The notes under the pieces: model-generated
Seen by the model: only the letters and a program-made list of their open reading frames with translations
Databases searched by the model: none
Told to the model about the DNA's origin: nothing
Made by a program: the position numbers and the translations under genes
DNA from: Hemiscyllium ocellatum
Lineage: Eukaryota
Length of the DNA stretch: 64,000 nucleotides
Assembly (NCBI RefSeq): GCF_020745735.1
Contig: NC_083409.1
Location: 19,302,341-19,366,340, forward strand
Direction: 5' to 3'
Part shown: positions 48,424 to 60,938 of the stretch, piece by piece
How the letters are laid out: each line of letters opens with the position of its first letter
Position numbering within the stretch: position 1 is the first letter of the stretch

Positions 48424-49261
48424 GTAATGTTAGCCTCTGATTCTTGTTTGTTTGTTTTTCTTCAAGACAGTAATGCATTTACTGTGGTTCTGACTGCTTT
48501 CAAGTGCACTTTGGTATGGCTGATTGTCATGGCACATGTGAGGTGGTATATTGATGTGTAAATGTCATCAGTCTGCATTAATGCAGAAGAAGCAAGGTGT
48601 AAACCTGGCCTTTTACTTAGCCTGTCTCATTCATTCAAGGAAATCACATTTCCCAAGCATCTGCCGTGATGCATTTAAACAGCATAGGTCAGATGTTGGA
48701 ATTATCATCTTTCTCAATGGTACCTTGAAACGATAGCTCAGTGCAGTTTCCCACTCACCCTCTCGAGGGAGACTGAAGTTTCAGATTTTAATTCCTTTCA
48801 CTGCTGGTGGTTGCGTATCACTTGCAGAGTTGAGAAGCAGCAAAAGTTGTAATCAGTGTGAGAGCTTGGGTGTTGTTTATACAAGACTATGTGGCCACTT
48901 TGTTCACACGGAAACATCTAATTTTCTTTGCAATATTGATCATTAATTTCATTCCTCCCCATTAGCAGCAACATGAAACTATCTCCAGGACTGCACAGAA
49001 TGTTGTATCGGAGTATTTTGACGATGATAGTATCTGAGTTGGCTCAAGGTGCTTTTCATCAGTGACCTGTGCATACTTAACTTTCTCTGGTTAACTGTTT
49101 CTAACCTACTCCCCTTATGATACTGTTACATGCATCTGAAGTAAAGAATATATTGAAAGGAGGATGAAGTTATAAGACAGTCATACTGAATTGTGCATCT
49201 CACTTTAAGCGCTGTTAATCCATTGCTGTATAAATGTTCCAAATATTGTTATTTTCTGTAG

Positions 49262-49464
49262 ACACAGGCAGTGAGGAAGAATGTCCTGTGCCGCCTTGCT
49301 CCCAGCCCCCCAGGGACAGTTCAGTTCCTGAGGAAGTTAGAATTTCACCTGCTCAGTCATTGGAATCACCATCAGCAGCCCTTCGGATGACCACCAGTCC
49401 TGACCATCCTATTTTCACGGATGGTGTTTATTCCCAGGATTTTGTCGCAACACACAGTAAAATG
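49262..49464 (+). pseudogene. cep350: cep350-like exon B
   Basis: AG/GT bounded and in phase with exon A. SEEECPVP..DSSVPEE..SPDHPIFTD..YSQDF resembles CEP350 SEEESPVP..ESSIPEE..SPDHSILTE..CSQEL. Confidence 0.75.
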
Positions 49465-51222
49465 GTAAAAGATGTTTTGCATTGTCTTTTTTACAAAAAC
49501 TGTTTCTAATGAGTAAAGAATGTCATATAAGGCTGCAGAGAATAGAAAATCCTTGGCTTCGATCAAAATCAATCCAAGGAAAAAGGAAGTGGAGAGAATG
49601 GGAAACAGTGTGGGGAGGGGGGTGGGAGATCTGAGGGAATGGGAGTTCTGAGAATGAATGGAAAATATAAGTGTGGGGGGAATGGGAATTCTGAGTGGGG
49701 TTGAGAAACATGGGAGTGGGATGAAATGGAAATTCTGAGAGGGAATTTGAAACGGGAGTGGCAGAGAATGGGAATTCTGAGGGGGAATGAGAAATGCAAT
49801 GTTGGAAAGAATAGGAATTTTGTGAAGGCATGGGAAATATGTGCGGGCTCGGTGGATTAACAATGGGAAATCCAGGTGGGGGAGGGGGCTCTGGGTGGGC
49901 TGGTCCTCGGAGGGTTGATGTGGACTTAAAAGCCCAAATGACCTGCTCCGACACTTTACGGAATCTCTGATTATCTGTCTCTGTCCCACCTCCGTTCTTC
50001 CACTGCAGAAACCTCATCAATGTCTGTCTTACTTCCAGACTTGACGATTGTATTATATTACTTGTTCTATTCCAGAAAGCCGATTGGTGAAGGATAATAC
50101 CAGAACCAGTCTTTGTACCATTTAAATTAATTTACATGATTATACATTGCAGGCAAGCTATTTGTATTCCTTTAATTAAATCTTTGAGAATTTCAATTTT
50201 AATTGCTCCACTCATGGAAAAGCCTTCAGTTACTAAGACAGTGACCTCTTTAATTCCCTCCCTGAACTTTACTTCTGTCTATGTCACTTTCCTCCTACAA
50301 GACACTAGAACTGTATGACAGATTTCACATCTGCCCTTGGATCTCTGTGAGGCTCAGTATCATGTTTTATTCTATTTCTGTGAAGCTACTTGGTTTGTTT
50401 TATCATATGAAAGATTTGTTATAAATGCAAGTTTTTAAAGATAAAACAGGAAGAAAACAGGTAACTGTGAAATAAAGCATCTGAGCAGATTTCAAAAATG
50501 ATGACTATGCTTAAAAAACCTCAACTTTCAGATGTGGAGGTATGATGGGTGGGTACATGCACTTTTTAAAAAAACATTTGACAACATGTCATACATGAGA
50601 TTAATTGGCAAGGAATTAAGGCAGGGATAGCAAACGGGATTTAAACAGATAGAAGGGTGGAAATATAGAAAAGGATTTGGGGAAGTTCCAGAGTGGTTCA
50701 AGAAAGTTGCTTCTGGGGCACTTTTCTTTTCGGTGTTCATTTCATAATTTGATTATGTGCTAAGAGCGTGTGGTGTTGAAATTCAAAGTATTGTAAAGTA
50801 AGAAGAATGATGAGTCTTTTGGAAAAGTTAAGGAAGCTGTGAGGAGTTTTGAGAAGAAGCTTAAAAAGGAGTAGAAAGCTTTTGTTTTCACTCCATCAAG
50901 TAAATTTTGTATTGAGTTTGAGTACTCATTCTTAAAAAGTATACTGTTTAATGATCTGGATCTCACTCCATGTGGAAACCTTGACTTTAATTACATGGCT
51001 GAGAATAAATTGGAAATGAATTCCAGCCTGTGTCTGACTCGTCAGACATATTCTGAGATATAAAACAAAGGTTCTCGTTTGTTTGTCTCCTGTTTTCATG
51101 CTTTGATTTCACAGTTTATTAAAACCATGTATTGTTCATTAATGTTTTGAAATGAATTCCATCATTTTTGTTCCTGACCTTCAGTATCTAGATTGACCAA
51201 CAGTATGTGTACTTTGCAACAG

Positions 51223-51462
51223 GGCAGCCCAGTGCAGGAGCCCCAGTCCCTAAAAGATGTGCCCCGAAAAATCCAAGGGGAAAATAACTTTGCTTTTGCT
51301 GAAGATGCAGTCGAGATTGTGACACTGGTTCATGGAGCGGCTGAGGAGCTGTACAAATGGCAGGAACTTGGCCATGATTTGGGGGATTTGCAAATACCCC
51401 CAGACTTCGGGAATTATAAATGGAAGGATGATGAGAGTGTCAGCAGAAGAGCTTATTGTGAG
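51223..51462 (+). pseudogene. cep350: cep350-like exon C (acceptor uncertain: exon start 51185 or 51223)
   Basis: LVHGAAEELYKWQELGHDL...ESVSRRAYCE resembles CEP350 LVHNAAEELWKWKELGHDL...ESTSKRVYKQ. Donor GTGAGA at 51463. Confidence 0.8.
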
Positions 51463-53229
51463 GTGAGACCCAGATTTTGCATTTGAAAACAAAATTACTT
51501 TTTCTTTGTTAAGCAAGAAACGTATGGGTTAAGAGTGCTCCATTGCAGCTCTGATTGATGATATGTATAACAGAGCATGTTAAAAATATTATCTCGATGC
51601 TGATGACTGCATTGAATTCAATTTACCATTTTGCCCCTTCCCTAAAAATCCAAAGCCCCTTTCTCCTCCACTGTTTGTACTCTCCCATTATTAATTTATC
51701 ATCCTCTTCATCATCATCATACTGTTATCCGTTAAATCCCATCTGTCATAACTTTGCCCAGTCTGAGAATCTGTAGATTCTGTTTCTATTTACATAATAT
51801 ATAGTGTCCCTTCCAGCCACTCAGTGTTTTTTTTTCAAATTCTTCTCTATCGTTTCTGTCTTTCTATTGCTGTTTCCATTGGTTGATAATACAATATTTG
51901 ATTATTATTCACCTTTTTAAAACTCTCTAGAATCTTGATCTAGAAGCTAGAATCACAGGTTATTCCGTAACTTTCAGATAAAGAAAGCCTGAAAGGTTGA
52001 ACTTCTCAATCTGTGATCATGTCTGTACCTCTTTTCCTGATAACATCTTGAGAATTTGCACGATGTTGAGATTCCCAAAGTTGACCAAAGTATTCTAAGA
52101 TCTTATGCAGCTTAACGTGGCTGTAATTGTTTGTGTCTATGTGGCCTTTGCTCTCATCTGATTAGGATCTTACCATTTCAGGTGTAATTCCTTTTCTTAT
52201 CCACACAATGTATTATTTCATTCCACTCTTAACTTCAATTTCACCTTCCGGTAAATATTCTTCTGTATCTGTCACTGCAGAACAGTTCCATCTCTGTCCC
52301 TTCAACCCAAGTTGGAATCATTTGATTCCTTTCTCTTAAATTCCCAAGTCAAGATTGTGTTTATTACGATAACAATTAAGAGTGATCTGAGTATGGGCTC
52401 CTGTGAACCCCTTCCATTCTCCACACCTTTCTTGTGTGAAATCTTTATTTTACCCTGACCTGCATTTTCCCAACTACCTCTATTCACTTGACTGTGCTCC
52501 CCTTCATTTGAGGTGCCCCTGAGTTTTGCCTTTGGTCTTCTCAGAGGTAACTACTTGAAATAATTTCTGAAAATCCACATAAACCATGTACACTTTTTTC
52601 CCACTAATCTGCTCCTTTACTAATACAGCCTTGTCAAATTGCTTGCTAGTTCACAACCTGCTAATTAGAAATTCATGCTAATTGCTAATGTCTCTTTAAC
52701 TGCTCGTCTTTCACTCCATGCTGTTAACTCTTAATTCACCAACAAATGACACAAAACTAACTGATTGAGAAATTCCTGTTTTTCTTCTTATTGAATGAGG
52801 AGTTAGCTGCCCTCCAATCCTCTGGTCGAATTTTAGGAGGTAATAATTGGAGCCATGATAGTTTGTTTTCTATTTACAACATGTCCCACAGATGTTATTC
52901 ATTTTGTTTCAAAGATTTGCCTCCTTTTATGTTGTGGTGCCTTCCTTAGTATTATGTAGGTAATCTTGTCTAATACATCTGCACCTACCCTTGGTAGTTC
53001 TGCAATCATTTTAAACCCCTTCTCTCATCTCTCTTTTGCCTTCTCTCCTGCAATCAATGAAGTTCTAAATTTATCCTTGATTCAGATCGTGAGTCAAACA
53101 GTTGTTATTTTATATATTTTGAACAGTATTCCCTTTTATTTTCACTGTCGTGATCTAACAAGCTTTTTTTTGGGTGGAGAGGATGTATCTAATATAATAT
53201 TTTCTTTGTTACTCTTTTACTACTTCCAG

Positions 53230-53376
53230 CTTATCTTTAATGTGACGAGGGAAATCTTTGCTGACATCTTTTCTGACGACCGCCATGCCAGCCCAGCCCC
53301 GTGGATGAAGCCAAGCCAAATTAGCTCTTTGTTCTTCAAACGAGCGAGGAACCCACAGAATTTAAATGAAGTGAAG
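53230..53376 (+). pseudogene. cep350: cep350-like exon D
   Basis: 147 nt, phase 0/0. LIFNVTREIFADIF...PWMKPSQISSLFFKRARNPQNLNEVK resembles AVFDLTKEIFEEIF...VWMKPCRINSSYFRRVKNPNNLDEIK. Confidence 0.87.
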
Positions 53377-54429
53377 GTAATAACTCTATGTAAGCCTTTT
53401 TTCCTATTTGTCAGTAATAATGTGACAAACGTGATGCTGGTTGGAGTTAAAGTATGTAGATTGAGTAAGTGAGTGACTCAACTTGTAAACAGTGGCCACT
53501 ATCCTGACTTGGAAATCTGTCACTGCTTCTTGGAAGTCCCTCCCTAATGAGATTGCAGGTCTAGCTCAGCACCATCTTCTCAAGGACAACCAGGAAGGGG
53601 CAATAAGTGCTGGCCAGCCAGTGACATCCACATTTCATGAATGAACAAAAAAAATTCCTCTATGCTCATTGAGTACCAAGGAACTCCATTTTAATTCTAA
53701 ACTCCTCAATGACCATTTTTTAAATGACTCAGAGGGTCTGGGCATCGCCGGCTGGCCAGCATTTATTGACCGATCCTAGTTGCTTTTGAGAAGCTGGTAA
53801 GCTGTCTTTTGTAACCACTGCTGTCCATGAGCTGTAGGTAGACACACAATGCCCTTCGGGAGGGAATTCCCAGAATTTGATACAGCAATCCTGAAGAAAC
53901 AATGATATTTTTCGAAGTCAGAATGATGAGTGGCTTGGAGGGGAACTTGCAGGTGGCGGTCTGCTGCTCTTGTCCTTCTTGATCTAAATGGTCACAGATT
54001 TGGGAGGATCTGGCTAAAGATCTCTGAATTTCTGCAATGCATCTTGTAGATTGTACACACTGCTGCTACTGAGTGGAGGGTGGTGGAGGGCATGGCTGCT
54101 TGCGGACGTGGTGCCAATCAAGTGGGCTCCTTTGCCTTGGATGTGGCGAGCTTTTTGTGTGTTACTGGAGCTGCACTCATTCAGGCAAGTGGGGCATATT
54201 CCATCAGACTCCTGCATTGTGCTTTGTACTCAGTGGATTTGCTATGGGGAATTAGGAAGTGAGTTTTACACCCCAGCATTCCAAGCCTCTGACCTGCCCT
54301 TGTAGCCCAAAGTATTTATATAATGAGTCCAAATGAGTTTCTGGTCCATGATAACCCCCATGATGTTCATTGTGGAAGATTCAGTGATGGTAATACCATT
54401 GAATATCAAGGGCCATTGGTTAAGTTGTC

Positions 54430-55440
54430 TCTTAGAGTCGTAGAGATGGACAGCTCAGAAACAGACCCTTCGGTTCAACTTGTCCATACAGACCAGTTAT
54501 CCGAGATAAAATCTAGTCCCATTTGCCAGCATTTGGTCCATTTCCTCTTAAACCCTTCCTATTCAAATACACCACCAGATGCCTTTTAAATATCGCCATT
54601 ATGCCAGCTGCCTCCACTTCCTCTGGCAACTCATTCCATGTACACACCACCCCTGCATGAAACAATTACCTGTTACGTACCTTTTAAATGTTTCCCCTCT
54701 CACCTATGCCCTCTACTTTTGGAATTGCCTTCACCAGGGAAAAGACTTGTCTATTTACCCTGTCCATACCACTCATAATTTTATAAATCTTTTCACATTC
54801 GCCTCTGAGCCTCTGGTGCTCCAGGGGATGTAACCCCAATCAATTCATTCTCTTCCTCTACCAGAAACCCCCCCAACCCTGGCAACACCCTTGTAAATCT
54901 TTGCATAACCCTTTCAAGATTCACAACATCCTTCCAAGAGCAGGGAGTCCAGAATTGCACAGCATATTCTAAAAGATGCCTGATCAGTGTCCTATTCAGC
55001 TGCAACATGACCTCCCAACTCCTGTACTCAATGCTCTGACCAATAAAGGCAAACATACCACACACCACCTTCACTATCCTTTTTACTTATGACTCCACTT
55101 TCAAGGAACTATGAACCTGCACTCCAACGTCTCTTTGCTCAGCAACACTCCCCAGGACTTTACCATTGAGTGTATAAGTCCTGTCCTTATTTGCCTATCC
55201 AAAATGCAGCACCTCACATTTATGTAAACTAAACTTCATTTGCCACTCCTCAGCCCATCTGAACAAGATCCTGTTGTATTCTGAACCTTCTTCACTGTCC
55301 ATTGCACCTCCAATTTTGGTGTTATCTGCAAACTTACTAACCATACTATGTTCCATGTTCACATCCAAATCATTTGTGTAAATGATGAAAAGCAGTGAAC
55401 CCAGCACCGATCCTTGTGGCACACCACTGGTCACAGGCCT
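54430..55440 (-). mobile_element. CR1 LINE 3' portion in a cep350-like intron
   Basis: VTSGVPQGSVLGSLLFIIY.NDL and FADNTK. Confidence 0.9.
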
Positions 55441-55709
55441 CCTACTGGGAATGGTCATTGACTGGCAGTTTTGGTCCGAATATTATTTGCCTCTTGCCAG
55501 TCCAAACCTACATATTGTCCAGATCTTGTTGCCTTTGAACATAACTCCTCAGATATTGAAACAGTCTATGAATGGTACTGAATATTGTGCAACCATCCGC
55601 ACTTCTGACCTTATAATGGAAGTAAGGTCAGGAACTGAGGAACCCCATTTTACTCTGATCTTTGAGGAAGCTCATTTTACTCCAAACTGGAGACACAATG
55701 TAATAGCTC

Positions 55710-56010
55710 TGAGTGTTAGATATGGCTCAGTGGCACTCTTCCTCAATCAGCAGAGGGGATTAAGCAAACACTGAAGTGAAATCCTGGATGACAGTCCTGG
55801 TGCAGTACTGAAGTATTGTTTTCAAAGTGAGGCCCCATTTTCCCCCTTGGGTGAGTTTGCTACTTTGAAGAGGAGTGAAGTTCTCCCTCATGGTCCTGGT
55901 CAATCATGAGTCATTATGGCTAAACGTTTACCGAACCATTTCTCTAATTTGTGGGAACTTGCTGTGTGAAAGTTTGTTGCAGCTTTTGATGATATTATAA
56001 TTAGTGACTA
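55710..56010 (+). mobile_element. Ancient DeuSINE/SacSINE1-like remnant
   Basis: GTGCAGTACTGA...GAGGCCCC...TTTGAAGAGGAG..GTTCTCCC..GTCCTGGTCAAT resembles the recalled Deu-domain SINE consensus. Confidence 0.4.
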
Positions 56011-57160
56011 TACTTCAAAGGTTGGGAACAACATGGTACAAGTGAGATAAGTGATATATATTTGCAAGTTGTTTTTGACAATTTGAGGTTAAGGTGGGTG
56101 ACTTGAGCATTGGTTACAAAGTATTGTCCAGCACGAAGACCAAGTTCTTTACTATTGCAACAATGCAATTCTCTTTTACTGTGGCATTGACATTGAAGTG
56201 GACACTGGATGACTCCTCCCAGTAACTCAGACTTGCAACACTGCAATGTGAACTTTTTACCACAGTCTAAAGTCAACATCAAGCTGCTCATTGCCTGACT
56301 TCCCTTTGTGCACAGTTTGTGAAGTGTTGCACTTTGCCAGGGACTGAGAATGGGCATGTGTAAATCAGCTTTTCATCCACACAGCAAATTTGGAACTGTT
56401 CATTTCCTTTGCTTTGTCTTTATAACTCAACTCGAATGTATCTTCAGTCTGAACTGTTTCACACACCAACATTTCTGGGCATGTTACTTGCCTTTGACGG
56501 TGTTAGCTGAGAAACCTGTCAAAATCTTTCTGCTTGAAGCCATATGAGGCAGTGGTCAGTGGCTAGGTCATATAGCTTTGAAGCACGCATCTGTTAAATT
56601 GAGAATGATTTGACCATCCTGAAATGCTGGGAGCGCTGTTTGAATCCATGTCAGCCCCAATATTTATTGTGAGACTTCCCACAGCGCTGATCTTCAGTTG
56701 GCTGCCTGCAGTCGATTAAAGGCAGAACATCTTTGGAATTTGACGAAGCAGAGGCTTCTTCGCAGATGCTGTAAGCAAAGTGCTGAACCATGTAATGCAG
56801 TGAATAATTCATCATTTCTCAGCTGAGGTCTTAGGCAAAGGAACATGTCAATCCTTCTCTCAATTTGGGAGCATCGCATGTTACCTTAAAGTTGTATTGT
56901 CCGTGCTTTTGGATCTCACTAATGTTATTCATTTCAATTATAATTAAGTTTTAAAGCATTTAGCAGATTTTTGTTTCATTGAACATGCTTTGAGTTCCAT
57001 CCAATTTTACATCATTCTGAATGGGGGAAGAATCAGAAGGTTGGAGCATCAAAGTCTTCGTTGAGCAGTTTTAGGGAAGAATAATGGATTGGGAGTGGTT
57101 TTGTCTGTGTATTTAGGGTGTGTGCAACAGCTGCCATTTCTCCTGTGCTTCTACCCACAG

Positions 57161-57283
57161 ATCTTCATTTCTAATGAAGTTTTGAAGTTATTTGGGTTGA
57201 ATGAAGAGCAACATCAGAAGACGGCTTGGCAGAAGTTGAAGAAATTTGGCACCAAACAACATGATCGGGTGGACCATATTTTG
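57161..57283 (+). pseudogene. cep350: cep350-like exon E
   Basis: 123 nt, phase 0/0. IFISNEVLKLF...WQKLKKFGTKQHDRVDHIL resembles SFIASEVLKLF...WQKMMKFGRKKRDRVDHIL. Confidence 0.88.
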
Positions 57284-57561
57284 GTAAGTGCTTCAGTTTA
57301 GGAACTGTTCAGTTTTATATTGTACCATTGCATCACAATTATGAACACCTCATCGTACATCTGAATTTTCTATTATTTCAAATGACAAAGGCTTTATCTG
57401 TCTTTGGCTGACCTGTCTGGCTATCCTGCATTTGTCCAGAAAATGCTTCAACTTTCTGACTGAATTGAAAACTTGGCCCTCGCTGGAGTAATTTGCTGAA
57501 ATTCATTAGTTGCCACAAAAGTTTCAAAGAAATTCAGAAGTACATTGAATTCCTCACTACC

Positions 57562-57751
57562 TAATAAAAGCAAATTACTGCGGATGCAGGAATCTGAAAC
57601 CAAAAGAGAAAATGCTGGAAAATCTCAGTAGGTCTGGCAGCATCTGTAAGGAGAGAAAAGGGTCAGTTAGACTCGAAATGTCAGCTCTTTTCTCTCCTTA
57701 CAGATGCTGCCAGAGCTGCTGAGATTGTCCAGCATTTTCTCTTTTGGTTCC
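57562..57751. mobile_element. Foldback element (~63-bp arms) with hammerhead remnant in the loop
   Basis: 57598-57660 pairs with 57687-57749. Loop GGTCAGTTAGACTCGAAATGTC retains stem II and GAAA. Confidence 0.7.
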
Positions 57752-57779
57752 TCACTTACCTGTCTTTTAGACCCAGTTT

Positions 57780-59380
57780 TACAGAAAGTACAGGTCAGGT
57801 TTCTTTGCTTAACAAGAGTTACAGTTTGTTACAAAAAAATGCAAATAATTACCAACCACTGGCATATAACTACTAACTAAAACTAACAACCCCTCCCACA
57901 TGCATTCCTCATTACACATACACAGATAGAAAAACAGGGACAAAGTGCACTGGGTGTTTTGCATAAAGAGAAAGACTGGGAACGTACTTCCATGGTACCT
58001 ATTGATGGCTTTTCCTGAGATAATCCTTGTGCTGATCAGAATGATGTTCCTTGATCTTCCTTCTCCAGATGCTTCCATTGGTTTTCAGGAGGCACAGGGT
58101 GACTATTTCACACGTGTACAAGTCTGTAACTTATCAATTAATAGCCACAGCTTACAGCAAGTGCTGAAGGGAAAAGAAGCTGGTTTTCTTCAGGCTTTTT
58201 ACTGCAGAGACAGATCCTCAACTTGTGGAGATCTGGTGATTTCTCAATTCACTTGTATACAGCTTCGGCTGATCAGCTACCTGGGAGACAATCTCCGTTT
58301 TTGTCCGAAGGATATTTGTCTGTGGCCTAGTGACTAGTTAGCTACTTACTATTGACTGAAGCTTCCATTGAACACAGCCCTTGGCTGGAGCTTGTTTGAA
58401 AGTGAGTAGCACTTAGTGCATGTCAGGGAACTTGCTACTGAAAAGTGCCAGCAATCCCTGAACAATCCTTGGGTTTTAAAATTGCTTTATTCTCATTTGA
58501 GTCGAAAATCAAAAGTATAGAAAAATTAGAAGACAGTTTTTGCAGACCTTTCCAGTCCTCCCCATGTGTTGGTGTGTCACAGCACAACATGTGTCAGCAG
58601 ATTGATGAGTTTAACAGGTCTGTAAGAACAGTTATCTTCAGGCCACACCACCACCTCGACTTGGTCCGATATCACCTTTCCTTTTATATTTACGTGGTTA
58701 ATCTCCTGGAATCCCTGAGCTTGCAATGCTGTGGGAGTACCTTCAACACGCAGGCTACAGCACTTCAAGACAAATATCTTTCCAAAGAGAAATGGGGGGC
58801 AATATGCATTCCAACACTGAAGTTTTAAAAAATTGGGTGCTTGGTATGTCAAAAAATTCAAATAATTGCTTTTTCTCCCTCTTTGGATCTAACACTTCCA
58901 GCTGATAGTGTGCGTCCATTAGGCAAGGGTTGGAAGTCTCTGCTCTGCACCAGCTCAAGTAGTGATACCGTCAGGCCACAACTACACCAGGGCAGAGGGC
59001 CAGCCTAAAGTTAAAACGCGTGATTCAGTTACCTTTCCTTGTGGTGGGTATTCCTTTCTGGTTGTGCATACTGAGTAAAACATCTCCACTCGTTCATTAT
59101 GTAACTGGCTATATTGGTGATTGATCTCACTGGTTTGAGGAGTTGTGGCATTGGAATCAAATTCAAAACCAGGTAGGAACAGGATTAAGCCAGCAGCTCC
59201 CTTCTGTCTGTTCTCGTACTCCTCATCATAGCTGATTTGTATCTTAACTCTGTTATATTGATCTCCTAATTGTTCCGAACTGTTACTTGACCTCACAAAT
59301 ATCTCTCAACACTCGTATTGAAATGCTGTAACAGTCACAATAGTTTTTAAGGCTGGAAGGAACCAGATTATTTTAGTATT
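57780..59380 (-). mobile_element. Probable degraded LTR-retrotransposon remnant
   Basis: Weak integrase C-terminal-like text and an LTR-like 3' flank; identification is tentative. Confidence 0.3.
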
Positions 59381-59904
59381 GTTTGTGTGACAAAAGGCTT
59401 CTTCACATCACCCCCCTAATCAACCTAAGTCTTATTTTCCTGCATGCCCTATTTCTGGCATGCCTCGTTAAAGGAACTAGTTTCTCACTTCCTTCGCTGT
59501 CAAATCGTTTAATCATCTCAGTCACTTCTATAGATCCATCCCCTAGTCATCTTTACTCAAGAGAATGCAGGCCTCGTTTATCAAATAAAAGTAAAAAATG
59601 CTGGAAATATTCAGGTCAGAACTAATTTATGTAGCCTGTCCTTAACCTTCTCAGCCTTGGTATTGTTTTGTACAAGAATAACTAGTGACTCTCCATTGAT
59701 CTCGCAGCGAGCCCTCCAGAACTCCTGTCCAAGCTCCACTTGCTGTGTGGGAATGGCCACTTGTGAGATACTGGGCACAAGGAAAGTGGGAGGCCTGAAG
59801 TCTGAGTGATTTCAGGGCAAAGGCTGCTCAGTACGAGAGGAAAGAGCTATAACAAATAAATCTTGATTTAAAAACAATGACACCCCTTCTGTTTTTTCTG
59901 GCAG

Positions 59905-60068
59905 GTTCAAGAGCTTTATGAGGAGGAAGCCCAATGGGTGAATTATGATGAGGATGAGGTTTGTGTGAAGATGCAGTTGGCAGATTATTTTTTTAAGCTC
60001 TGATAAAAGACACAATAAATGTACTGAATCAGATTCAGGGGCAACAGTTAAAACTCACGTTATCCTAA
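59905..60068 (+). pseudogene. cep350: cep350-like terminal exon with -1 frameshift
   Basis: VQELYEEEAQWVNYDEDEVCVKMQLAD, then a 1-nt loss around the T7 run (59988-59994) gives TGA at 60001-60003. The homologous tail ALIKDTINVLNQIQ...-TAA (60066-60068) is in another frame. Confidence 0.88.
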
Positions 60069-60938
60069 CATGGGCCATGCCATCGGCCAACTTGTGGACT
60101 CCAGAAGAAAAACAAACCTGATGCCCCGAGCGGAAGAGAATCCACCTCAGCCTCTAAACTCCTTTCTTGAGTTGTGACATCTGGCATAGAATTTCCTCAA
60201 TAAGTAGCTGGTTTGGGATATCGATCCTTACTGGAATCAGCTGATTGGCAGGATGTGGATACCAGAAGTGCCAACCTTTCTCCTGACCTATTTATATACA
60301 ACCTGATCCCATTTATTTATCCAAACTGTAGCATGTACTTGTATTCAAAGAAGATTGCACATTCAATTTTGTTTTTGTATTTACACCTACGTTTACCTTT
60401 TTCAAAAGTATATCTAGTGGTGCGATGATATGTGTTTGGTGTATGTTAGCTCTGAGACTCTGAACAATGGCTGATACCAGACACTGAATACTCCCTCTGA
60501 GTGAGGAGGACTATATCTGCATGACTGAAGTGGAAGGCAGAAGTGTTGAGGATTTTAAATACTTGCACTTACTTCATTATGATAAGTCTTGATTTTATTT
60601 TTTGGTTTTAAATTATTTCAGAAAGGACAATTGATTTTTATTCATGTAAATGGACTGTATTTGTGATGTTCATTTTCAGGAAAACGTTGAAAACTTTGAG
60701 TAGCTTTTGAGATCACTTGCATTGATTCAGAACTTCTTCAGAACTCTCTCTCTCTCTCTCTCCTTCAGAACTCTCTCTCTCTCTCTCCCCTTCAGAACTC
60801 ATTCTCTTTTGCTCTCTCCGTCTCTCTCTCCCCCTCTCTCCATACTACAGGAATCTCTTTTTCTCCCTCCTTTCTCACCACTCCTGATCATTTCTATTGC
60901 ATGGTGCTTCTGTCTGTTAATTTTCTCAAATGTTTCTC

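Noticed and set aside
48255-60068. Intact cep350 ortholog
   Set aside because: No upstream exons or acceptor for exon A, central exons including CAP-Gly are missing, and the terminal exon is frameshifted (pending a misassembly check).
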